Made by a program: the position numbers and the translations under genes. The notes beneath the pieces are model-generated. The model was not told the DNA's origin. It ran no database searches and worked only from the letters and a program-made list of their open reading frames with translations. A stretch of 64,000 bases of DNA from an uncultured bacterium (GTDB lineage Bacteria; Zhuqueibacterota; QNDG01; CAYUAG01), in contig CAZKMO010000002.1 in NCBI GenBank assembly GCA_964554015.1, forward strand, positions 549-64,548, in the 5' to 3' direction. How positions within the stretch are numbered: position 1 is the first letter of the stretch; every line of letters starts with the position of its first letter. This document shows, piece after piece, positions 9,026 through 17,558 of this stretch.

Positions 9026-10894
9026 TTAATGTATGATTCCCTTATCCTTAAGATAACTAATAATCTTTTCCGCAGACTGCTGGATATCCAGCTTATCCGT
9101 TTCTATAACTATCTCCGGATTTTCGGGCTCCTCATAGGGAGCGGAAATGCCCGTGAATTCCTTGATCTCACCCTTACGGGCTTTTTTATACAATCCTTTG
9201 GGATCCCGTTTCTCACAGACATCCAGGGGGGCTTTGACAAAAATCTCTATGAACTCACCTTCCTTGTTCAAACTCCGGGCCCGATCCCGGTCCTTGATAT
9301 AGGGAGAGATGAATGAGGTTATGGCTACCATTCCGGCATCAGCAAAAAGATGGGCTACTTCACCGATGCGGCGTATATTTTCTTCCCTGTCTTCCGGAGA
9401 AAATCCCAGATCTCCGTTGAGTCCGTGGCGTATGTTATCCCCGTCCAGAATATAGACCTGAACTCCCCGGGCAAAAAGCTTTTCCTGCAATTTGGAAGCA
9501 ACAGTGGACTTGCCGCACCCGGAAAGGCCGGTCAGCCAGATGACCACTCCCTGGTGATTATTTCTTTTTTCCCTGTCCTGTTTGACAATCCCGGTATCAT
9601 GCCAGGTGACATTTGAGCTTTTCTTCTTTCCCAGGGAGCCATTGGCATAAAACTCTCTTAAAATATCCGCAACCGGTTTGCGCATTATACGTTCATCCAC
9701 CTCCTCCCCTTTCTGTAATTTTCTTCTCACTTCTTTTCCGGAGATGAATACGGTATGATATCCCTTCGGTTCGAATTCCTCTAACAATCCCACCCGTTTT
9801 ATTTCGTCAAAGTAAGCAGCAAAGCCAACTTTAATCGGCTGGATTAAAAGCTCTCCTTTAAGGGTATCAAATTTTTCATGGGCATCAAAATCACCCCAAA
9901 TGGGGGTGCCGTCATCATAAGGAGCATCAGCATGTTTGCGGCCGATAACAATATTGGTAAATCCGTAATTTTGTCGGTATATGGAATGCATAACCGCTTC
10001 CTTGGGACCGGCATAAAACATTTTCATATCCAGGCCGATGAGAATCAGATTATCGTCGAAATTCCACTTCTGGGAATTCCAAAGTTCTTCATCCCGGTCT
10101 CCCTGGCCAAACTCCCTTGATTCCAGAAGTGCTTCATAGGTATGCATACGTACGTCTGCAGGTACATCATCGGATTTTGTCGCTCCCACCAGTGGATTTA
10201 ATACCGCTCCGGTAAAATGACCTTGACGGGTGAGTTCTTCCGTGGCATAAAGAAGGGCATATTCATGGGCCCTATGCAGTGCATTCCTGGTCTGAAAAGC
10301 AGTGATTTTATCCCATCCCCTTCTCTGGAAAAGAGCCCGGGTTTCCCAGGGAGTCAGCATGTAGCGCCCGAAATGAGCATCCAGGGATTGCGGAAAGGCC
10401 CAAATTTTACCTCCTATCAAATAATCCCGGGGATCATCACCGAAAATTCGAGCTCCGGGATGATCATTTCTCTCAGTTCCATATACTGATCTATTATATT
10501 TATTTTTATCAAAAGGAAATACATCAGAAATTTCCATTATTCCGATTATATTTCCCTTAGTATCTTTAACTTTTATCACATCCCCTTTTTTGAAATTCTC
10601 CGCTTCCTGCTTAGCAATAGGAAAAGATATAGGTATGGTCCAGGCATATTTTTTACCCTCTCGAATAATGATTTCCTCCTCTAACACCTGATTAAATTCA
10701 TCTTCATTCATGGGTCCCTGTAAGGGAGAAAGAGCGCCATCTGCAATACGATAGAACACGGATAAATCCGCATCACTGATAGTGTATTCTTTACTACCGC
10801 AACTGGTAAGAACTGCCTCTCGTTCCACTTCCGGAATAATCCTGTTAACCAATATTCCTCCTCCGTGAGCAGGTAAAACTGTATTATTTTCCAT
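9026..10894 (-). CDS. sat/cysC: bifunctional sulfate adenylyltransferase (ATP sulfurylase) / adenylylsulfate kinase
   Basis: N-terminal ATP-sulfurylase domain with [12 protein letters not shown]-terminal APS-kinase P-loop [17 protein letters not shown] and [10 protein letters not shown]. Confidence 0.9.
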   Translation of the reverse strand: MENNTVLPAHGGGILVNRIIPEVEREAVLTSCGSKEYTISDADLSVFYRIADGALSPLQGPMNEDEFNQVLEEEIIIREGKKYAWTIPISFPIAKQEAENFKKGDVIKVKDTKGNIIGIMEISDVFPFDKNKYNRSVYGTERNDHPGARIFGDDPRDYLIGGKIWAFPQSLDAHFGRYMLTPWETRALFQRRGWDKITAFQTRNALHRAHEYALLYATEELTRQGHFTGAVLNPLVGATKSDDVPADVRMHTYEALLESREFGQGDRDEELWNSQKWNFDDNLILIGLDMKMFYAGPKEAVMHSIYRQNYGFTNIVIGRKHADAPYDDGTPIWGDFDAHEKFDTLKGELLIQPIKVGFAAYFDEIKRVGLLEEFEPKGYHTVFISGKEVRRKLQKGEEVDERIMRKPVADILREFYANGSLGKKKSSNVTWHDTGIVKQDREKRNNHQGVVIWLTGLSGCGKSTVASKLQEKLFARGVQVYILDGDNIRHGLNGDLGFSPEDREENIRRIGEVAHLFADAGMVAITSFISPYIKDRDRARSLNKEGEFIEIFVKAPLDVCEKRDPKGLYKKARKGEIKEFTGISAPYEEPENPEIVIETDKLDIQQSAEKIISYLKDKGIIH

Positions 10895-10908
10895 TAACTA
10901 CCTCCTTA

Positions 10909-11628
10909 TCAGATATATTTTTTCAATCTTTTTAATACTTTATCTGTTGCTTCTACAATAGTTGTTTTTGCTGTATCTATGATTAATTCTGGAGCTTCCG
11001 GTTCCTGGTAGGTAATATCAAAGCCAGGTAAATTTTTAATTTTTCCTGCCCGGGCTTTGGCATACAATCCCCGGGATTCTCTTTTTTCGCAAATCTCCAA
11101 AGGAGCTGAAAGGTATACTTCAATAAAATTATTACACAATTCTTTAACAAAATTTCTGGACTCCCTATAGGGGGAAACAAAAGAGGCAACCACAAAAACT
11201 CCTTTTTTCTCCATTCTGCTGGCTAAGTACCCCACCCTTTTAATATGTTGATCCACCTCCTCTTTGCTGAATCCGGTTTCCGGAAAAATATGCCTGACAT
11301 TGCCGCCATCCAGATGATCAACTTTTAGTCCCTTTTCCTCCAGTTTCCTGGCCAGGGTGGAGGCAATAACTGTTTTACCCGATCCCGGCAGTCCGGTAAA
11401 CCAGACTACAAAGGGTTCGATCTCTTTCTTTCCAAATCGGATTCTATACCACACCCTCTCGTGTATAAAATATATTATAATTTTCAACACCACTTCTATC
11501 CCCCCGATTTCTACTGCCATATCTATCTTCCCGGTAAAAATATATACCAGAGAAACAGTAGTAAGTGTGGCCAGAAATCTCCAGGTTATGGACTTTAAAA
11601 CCGAACGTGTCTTGGTTTCTTTAATCAT
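10909..11628 (-). CDS. cysC: adenylylsulfate kinase with N-terminal ~65-aa hydrophobic (membrane-anchor) extension
   Basis: VVWFTGLPGSGKTVIA P-loop and LDGGNVRH. The N-terminus has two predicted TM helices. Confidence 0.85.
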   Translation of the reverse strand: MIKETKTRSVLKSITWRFLATLTTVSLVYIFTGKIDMAVEIGGIEVVLKIIIYFIHERVWYRIRFGKKEIEPFVVWFTGLPGSGKTVIASTLARKLEEKGLKVDHLDGGNVRHIFPETGFSKEEVDQHIKRVGYLASRMEKKGVFVVASFVSPYRESRNFVKELCNNFIEVYLSAPLEICEKRESRGLYAKARAGKIKNLPGFDITYQEPEAPELIIDTAKTTIVEATDKVLKRLKKYI

Positions 11629-11636
11629 ACAATTTA

Positions 11637-12404
11637 TTATTCTTTTTCCAAATTTACTGCCGTAACATAAAATGAACTGTTACGTAAATTCTTTTTATTA
11701 TACTGTAGCCCTTTAACCTCGGCCCCTGCATCTTGAGCTATAGCATGACCGGCTGCCGTATCCCACTCCATGGTTGGACCATGCCGATAATAGAGATGTG
11801 CCTTTCCTTCTGCTACCATACAAAATTTCAGAGAACTTCCCTTGACCAGGGTATCGGTAACCTTATGAGCGGAAAAAAATGATTCTTCCTCCCGGGAGGT
11901 ATGAGATCTGCTTCTCACGGCTATCAATCCCTTCCCTGTTTCCTGATTAATCTTTAATATTTGCCTTCTTCCCTCCCTATTCTGTTTGTAAGTGGTATGA
12001 TTCTGAGTGTAGTATAAAACATCAGGTACAGGAGCATAAATGACACCCAATACAGGCTGATTATTTTCCAAATAAGCAATATTGACCGTGAATTCACCAT
12101 TTCTGCTTATAAACTCTTTGGTTCCATCCAGAGGATCAACCAGAAAAAAACTGGGCCAGCTTCGTCTGGTCTCATAGTCAATTTCCTCTCCTTCTTCAGA
12201 AAGAACGGGAATATCAGGATAGTTTTCTCTTAATTGATTGACAATTATGGTATGCGATGCCCGGTCAGCCCGGGTTAGGGGTGAATCATCTGTTTTTCGC
12301 TCAGTCATAAAATCTCCAGATTCATATATTTCCATTATCTTTCGCCCTGCCTCTAGAGCAAAATCACATAATCTGAATACATCAACATATCTCTTTTTAC
12401 TCAT
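11637..12404 (-). CDS. cysQ: 3'(2'),5'-bisphosphate nucleotidase (inositol monophosphatase family, CysQ-like)
   Basis: FLVDPLDGTKEF metal-binding motif and IMPase-fold length. Sits adjacent to the PAPS-forming genes. Confidence 0.8.
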   Translation of the reverse strand: MSKKRYVDVFRLCDFALEAGRKIMEIYESGDFMTERKTDDSPLTRADRASHTIIVNQLRENYPDIPVLSEEGEEIDYETRRSWPSFFLVDPLDGTKEFISRNGEFTVNIAYLENNQPVLGVIYAPVPDVLYYTQNHTTYKQNREGRRQILKINQETGKGLIAVRSRSHTSREEESFFSAHKVTDTLVKGSSLKFCMVAEGKAHLYYRHGPTMEWDTAAGHAIAQDAGAEVKGLQYNKKNLRNSSFYVTAVNLEKE

Positions 12405-12695
12405 AGATTAATAGTACTCCCCTATTATTCATTAGTTAACCTTTTTATTGGGATCTATCTATACCTCCGGTAAGTAAGTCCCATTTTACCTTGAACTTAA
12501 ACTATATATTACTATATGTTTATATCCTTAAGGCTGTTCCCAAAATCATTATATTATCAGTGTCTGTCAACTAGAAATTTTACCTTACTGCCACAACAAT
12601 ATGCCTCAGCCTTATCCTGGGTAATACTTTGGGTAAATAATTATCCCCTTTTTTTAACAGCCTCAATTATCTATGCAATGTATAATATGTTTATT

Positions 12696-13199
12696 TTACC
12701 CAATCTTACACACATCATGCACATCCACATTAAAATACACTCCCTGATTAATCGAATCTAAAAAAACGATCATCCTGTTTTTGTTTCTCAACTCAGTCAG
12801 TATCCCTTCAATACCTGCCAGTTGTCCCCGGCAAATTTTTACTCTGCAGCCAACCGGAATAGAAAAGCAAGGTTCAGCATCTGGAAATTCAGAAAGAATA
12901 CTTTTAATATATTCAATCTCTCTTTCTTTGACTATGGCAGGTTTTCCTCCAAAGGTAATAATTCTTACTGCACCCGGACTTTGTATGGCCTCCAATCTCC
13001 CCAGGGTATCGGAATAAATAAAAACATAACAGTTGAAAAGAGGCTCGGTAATCCATTTCTTGCGATCACTCCACTTTCGTAAAATTTTTCTCATAGGCAG
13101 ATAGGTTTCAATACCCTTTTGCACCAATTGAGACTCTACTCTCTTTTCATGCCTGTATCTGGTATAGAGAGCATACCATTTTTTTCCCATTTCTTTCAT
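12696..13199 (-). CDS. UpxY-family transcription antiterminator (NusG paralogue)
   Basis: KKWYALYTRYRHEKRVESQLVQKGIETYLP matches the Bacteroides UpxY/NusG N-terminal domain. A C-terminal KOW-like region is present. Confidence 0.8.
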   Translation of the reverse strand: MKEMGKKWYALYTRYRHEKRVESQLVQKGIETYLPMRKILRKWSDRKKWITEPLFNCYVFIYSDTLGRLEAIQSPGAVRIITFGGKPAIVKEREIEYIKSILSEFPDAEPCFSIPVGCRVKICRGQLAGIEGILTELRNKNRMIVFLDSINQGVYFNVDVHDVCKIG

Positions 13200-13208
13200 A
13201 GACCTTAT

Positions 13209-13580
13209 TTATTTTGCCACCATCCAAACTCCGGTGATAATTAATACAAATCCGAAAATCTGTACAATACTTATGGATTCATGTAAAAATAAATATGACA
13301 CTGTCACTACAATCACCAGCCCCATACTGACCATAATGGGATAGGCAATACTCAAATTCAGTTTGGTTAAGATATAACTATAGCTTACAAATGCCATAAT
13401 AAAGGAAACAATACCGGCAATTAACTGAGGCTGCACCACTGCCTTTTTTGCCAGTTCCAAAATCCCCTCTGTTTCACCCACTTTGTTCATCCCTACTTTG
13501 ATCAGGATATTGGCCATGGCGTTAAAAATAATAGCCAAAGCAAGTACAGCAATTCGTATTACTATAATTTTATCAATCAC
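13209..13580 (-). CDS. SMR/EamA-like 4-TM small transporter (ArnE/ArnF- or GtrA-like lipid-linked sugar flippase candidate)
   Basis: 123 aa with four hydrophobic helices, immediately downstream of the DPPRS-like gene. Confidence 0.55.
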   Translation of the reverse strand: MIDKIIVIRIAVLALAIIFNAMANILIKVGMNKVGETEGILELAKKAVVQPQLIAGIVSFIMAFVSYSYILTKLNLSIAYPIMVSMGLVIVVTVSYLFLHESISIVQIFGFVLIITGVWMVAK

Positions 13581-13604
13581 AACTACTCCTGTTTATCCTT
13601 ACTA

Positions 13605-14480
13605 TTATCCCCAGTAAATTATCACTCCCACACTTATCATATAAAGTAACAAATCTACTATCATGGATTTATCTTTTAAGAGAATTAACTCCGGGCTGCC
13701 ACCCAGATTTTTTTTATGGACCAGATATAAATAACGAAAAATTCCATAGAGAACAAAAGGGAGAGTAAAGATCAGATTTCGGGTGCCAAACTTTTCTATA
13801 GTGACCGGAGCAGTGGTATAAAAAGCATAGGCAATAACTGTAGATGCCGTAACTACCGAAACCATCTGGTCTAATAAAATAGTATTATATTCTCCCAATA
13901 TTTTCCTATGAGAAGCTGCTTTTGCACCCATAATAACAATTTCATGTCTTCTTTTGCACAATCCCAGAAATAGAGCCAGAAATATAGCACACATTAAAAG
14001 CCAGGAGGAAATGGTAACATTTATAATTTCCGCTCCGGCAATGGCCCGTAAAACAAATCCCAGGGCTATTACAATGACATCCAGTATCACAATATTTTTG
14101 AACCATAAGGTATATCCGATTATTAACAGAAAATAAATCAAAGCCACAAATCCGAAACTCTTATCCAGCATAAATGAACCCATGAGGGCAAGGCTTGATA
14201 ATATAATTACACTAACTACTACCAACTTTACTGAGAGGCGTCCGGAAGCCAATGGTCTTTTTGATTTTTCCGGATGTTTTTTATCCTGTTCCCTATCTAA
14301 AAGATCATTTAAAAGATACAGCGATCCGCTGAGAGCGCAAAAATAAATAAATCCGGCCAGGGCTTTAATAAAAAGGGGCAGATGAAATAAATTCTTAGAA
14401 AAAATCAATCCGGCAAAGAGAAGCACATTCTTTGTCCACTGCTTGGGTCGTAAAGACTGTATCAATAATTTTATCATCAT
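13605..14480 (-). CDS. UbiA-superfamily decaprenyl-phosphate phosphoribosyltransferase-like prenyltransferase
   Basis: RPKQWTKNVLLFAGLIF N-terminal motif and NDLLDREQDKKH (Asp-rich) motif characteristic of DPPRS (Rv3806c-like). Confidence 0.75.
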   Translation of the reverse strand: MMIKLLIQSLRPKQWTKNVLLFAGLIFSKNLFHLPLFIKALAGFIYFCALSGSLYLLNDLLDREQDKKHPEKSKRPLASGRLSVKLVVVSVIILSSLALMGSFMLDKSFGFVALIYFLLIIGYTLWFKNIVILDVIVIALGFVLRAIAGAEIINVTISSWLLMCAIFLALFLGLCKRRHEIVIMGAKAASHRKILGEYNTILLDQMVSVVTASTVIAYAFYTTAPVTIEKFGTRNLIFTLPFVLYGIFRYLYLVHKKNLGGSPELILLKDKSMIVDLLLYMISVGVIIYWG

Positions 14481-16795
14481 GACACTCGGCTAAATAATCT
14501 TTCCTTGAGAGATTTTTTTCTTTTACCTTTCTTGGTGGATTTTCCGTCTCCATAATACTGTCGGTAATAGTAATAATAGTATGAGCCAAACATGTCATCC
14601 ATATGAACTCCATTCAGTAAACTACCGAATACTTTTGCCTTCACATTTTCTAATTGCGTATAAGCCCGTTTTAATGCTTCCCTATCAGTCTCTCCTGACT
14701 TTACAATTAATACTGCCCCGTCCACCTTGGATGATAGCACCGTAGCATCAGTAACGGCTATAACCGGCGGGGTATCAAAAAATATCATATTATATTTCCT
14801 TTTCATTTCATCGATAAAAGAGGTCATAGCCTGGGAGGATAACAGTTCCGAGGGATTAGGAGGCAATGGTCCCGAGGGAAGTATATCCAGTCCTTTAATC
14901 TCGGTGTTGATAACCACTTCTTCAAATTTCATTTTTTTGGTTAAGAGATTGGTTAATCCCTTATCCCGAGAAACTCCGAAAAATCGATGAATTATGGGCT
15001 TACGTAGATCGGTATCAACCAGTAATATCTTAGAACCCATCTGGGCAAAAGTTATGGCCACATTAGCAACTGTGGTGGATTTCCCCTCACTGGGGCCAGC
15101 ACTGGTTAATATCAGGGTTTTCACGGGCTTATCCAAATTAAGAAACTGCAGATTGGTTCTCAGGGTTCGGTAGGATTCTGAGACCGGTGATTTGGGTTTA
15201 AGATGGGTAATAAGGCGTGATCGCATCCGGATGATATTTTCTTTCTTATGTCCGTTCTCCTCTGCTTTAATAAAGGGGATTGAACCCAAAACTGGAAAGC
15301 CCATATGTTCCAGATCTTCAATTGTTTTTAAACTGTTATCAAAATATTCCCGGGCAAAGGTCAGTCCAATACCCAATCCCAGACCTAAAAGCACTCCTAA
15401 AATAAGGTTCATTTTCTTCTTGGGCTTGATGGGTTCCTTGGGTTGTATGGCGTTATCAACAATCCGTACTGATCCTATGCGGCTGGCTTCGGCAATTCGG
15501 TTTTCTTCATACTTGTTGCGAAGCATGACAAATATATTATTTGCCACCAGCTGTTCCCGCTGTAATCTGGCCAGTTTCAAACTTTTTTCGGGGAGGCCAT
15601 TCATCATGCGATCATATTTATCCACAATTTCCAGCAGGGCGGAGGTCTTGGCATCCAGGAATCTCCTTTGCGCTTCCAGCTCAAGAATATTGGAAAAAAG
15701 AAATTCAGAAATGGCCATAGGATTAAGAGCTGTGCCCCCACTTTTAACGATCCGCTCTATCTCGGTTTTAATTTTTTCTTTTATTCCCTTTATTCTCATC
15801 TCTTTCTGCTCGATCATGGAATACTCGGAAGAGACATCCAGATCCTTAGCCTGCTGTTCCAAGGCTGCTCTTTCACCTATTAAAACTGCCAGCTGCTTTC
15901 TCATTTCTGTAATTTCCGGACTTGATAAGTTGGAAACCTCTTGCAGCATAACTTTTTGACTTTCATCCAGCTGACTGCGTAAAAGCTCCAGTCTGTTTAC
16001 TGTGGCCTCCAGTTCAGTGGCAGACTGTTCATACATAGAGTTAAAATTCGAGGCTACTTCCACCAATTGTTCCGTCTCCGCACTCAATTCCACAATATTA
16101 GCTTGTTCCTTATAGTCTTTTAAGGCCTCTTCCGATGTGGTGAGCCGGGTTTTGACTTCGTCCAGCTTTTTTTCCAAAAATTTCCGTACCTTAGTAACCT
16201 CATTCGTACTCTCTTCTATATCAAGTTCCTGAAAGGCTTTCACCCATTCATTGGCCACAAAGGCAGCTTCATAGGGAGTGGGGGCCTGCACACTTAATTC
16301 TATCATATCTGTATCCCTTTGAGGAGTAACACTGGTCCCTGTACTCCTGAATTTATCCACCAGACCATTAAAATCAGTTCCCTGTTTAAATTTATCCTTA
16401 CCTTTGAACAGTGAAAGTATCCATTTTTTGGGAGAAAAATTATTCCCGTCTTTATAATTACCCAGATAGGAAAGTGAATCTGCAAAAGGCGAATCCTGCA
16501 GTTGTTTAATCACATTTTCAGCCAGGGTACGGCTTTCCAGAATTTCTTTCTGGTTGTTAATCATGGTTTCTTGTTTGATGAAACTGGTAACTTCAAACAC
16601 CTGCTGCTGTACATTACTTTGTTCTCTTATCATTACCAGTGCTTTAGCTTCATAGATAGGTTGGGCAGTAAAGGTAAAATAAACGGTGATTGCCAAAACA
16701 ATAATAAAGGAAACCGCTATGATCCACCTCCCCCGGTAAAGTATCCTAATATAATCTTTTATGGATACTTGTTCTTCGTTTATATCCTGCTGCAT
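14477..16795 (-). CDS. wzc: polysaccharide co-polymerase / tyrosine autokinase (Wzc/EpsAB-like)
   Basis: N-terminal TM plus Wzz-like periplasmic coiled coil, then a second TM. C-terminal kinase has Walker A TSAGPSEGKSTT, DTDLRKP, FFDTPP and a YYYYYY tail. Confidence 0.85.
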   Translation of the reverse strand: MQQDINEEQVSIKDYIRILYRGRWIIAVSFIIVLAITVYFTFTAQPIYEAKALVMIREQSNVQQQVFEVTSFIKQETMINNQKEILESRTLAENVIKQLQDSPFADSLSYLGNYKDGNNFSPKKWILSLFKGKDKFKQGTDFNGLVDKFRSTGTSVTPQRDTDMIELSVQAPTPYEAAFVANEWVKAFQELDIEESTNEVTKVRKFLEKKLDEVKTRLTTSEEALKDYKEQANIVELSAETEQLVEVASNFNSMYEQSATELEATVNRLELLRSQLDESQKVMLQEVSNLSSPEITEMRKQLAVLIGERAALEQQAKDLDVSSEYSMIEQKEMRIKGIKEKIKTEIERIVKSGGTALNPMAISEFLFSNILELEAQRRFLDAKTSALLEIVDKYDRMMNGLPEKSLKLARLQREQLVANNIFVMLRNKYEENRIAEASRIGSVRIVDNAIQPKEPIKPKKKMNLILGVLLGLGLGIGLTFAREYFDNSLKTIEDLEHMGFPVLGSIPFIKAEENGHKKENIIRMRSRLITHLKPKSPVSESYRTLRTNLQFLNLDKPVKTLILTSAGPSEGKSTTVANVAITFAQMGSKILLVDTDLRKPIIHRFFGVSRDKGLTNLLTKKMKFEEVVINTEIKGLDILPSGPLPPNPSELLSSQAMTSFIDEMKRKYNMIFFDTPPVIAVTDATVLSSKVDGAVLIVKSGETDREALKRAYTQLENVKAKVFGSLLNGVHMDDMFGSYYYYYYRQYYGDGKSTKKGKRKKSLKERLFSRVS

Positions 16796-16900
16796 AATAT
16801 CATCCCTTTCTTTTTATTATCAAGGGAATAAAAAACCACCCTGTTATATACTTTTATTATTTTTTCTCAACTTCCCCCTCATTCTTCCCCTATCTTTCTC

Positions 16901-17551
16901 CTAACGCATATCAATTACTTCCACACCCGGGGGAGTTTCCAAAATAAAATCATTTTCTTTTATTGAAACTCCTAATGTAACCTCAAGTAGTACATAAATG
17001 GTAGTATTCCCATCAATACTTTTCTGTTCAATTTTTCTGGGAATCCATCTATCTTTTTCCACCCAGATGCGCACTTCCTTATAAAAAAGATCCTCTTCTC
17101 CGGGAGTAAACAAAATCTCATAACATGATTTCCCCTGAATATCATCAGTCCCTAATAATTGAAAATTATATTTTTGTTTGTATTTGAATAGAATTCTGCT
17201 GGGAAGCAGATCATCGTCTGTGGTTTCCAGATTGTCAATAAGGACCTGATTTTCCAGTTTATTATAGGTTTTCAAGGTCATTCCATCAGAAATAATTATC
17301 TGATCTTCAGTGGAAATGCGAAATTTATCTTCTCCTTTTAATAAAAGTTCCCCCTTTACCACCTGTTCTTCTCCGGTTAATTCCCAGATATATTTTTCTT
17401 GAAAAACCGCATAAAAGGTTTTTTGAGTATAAAAGGTATGCTCCACTTTCTCTATAATTTCTTGAGGAGAGATAGCAGCACCTCTGCCCACCAGAGAAAA
17501 AAACATCACCGAACCTACCGTGATAAACCATACTTTTAACTTCATAATCAT
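16901..17551 (-). CDS. lolA: LolA-like outer-membrane lipoprotein carrier protein
   Basis: Signal peptide and ~200-aa beta-rich domain. Sits directly downstream of ftsK, as in the conserved ftsK-lolA arrangement. Confidence 0.55.
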   Translation of the reverse strand: MIMKLKVWFITVGSVMFFSLVGRGAAISPQEIIEKVEHTFYTQKTFYAVFQEKYIWELTGEEQVVKGELLLKGEDKFRISTEDQIIISDGMTLKTYNKLENQVLIDNLETTDDDLLPSRILFKYKQKYNFQLLGTDDIQGKSCYEILFTPGEEDLFYKEVRIWVEKDRWIPRKIEQKSIDGNTTIYVLLEVTLGVSIKENDFILETPPGVEVIDMR

Positions 17552-17558
17552 CCCTCCC

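Noticed and set aside
15192-15959. 255-aa plus-strand ORF antisense to wzc.
   Set aside because: Ser/Leu/Arg-rich translation typical of reverse-frame artefacts, embedded in the Wzc kinase/Wzz coding region.
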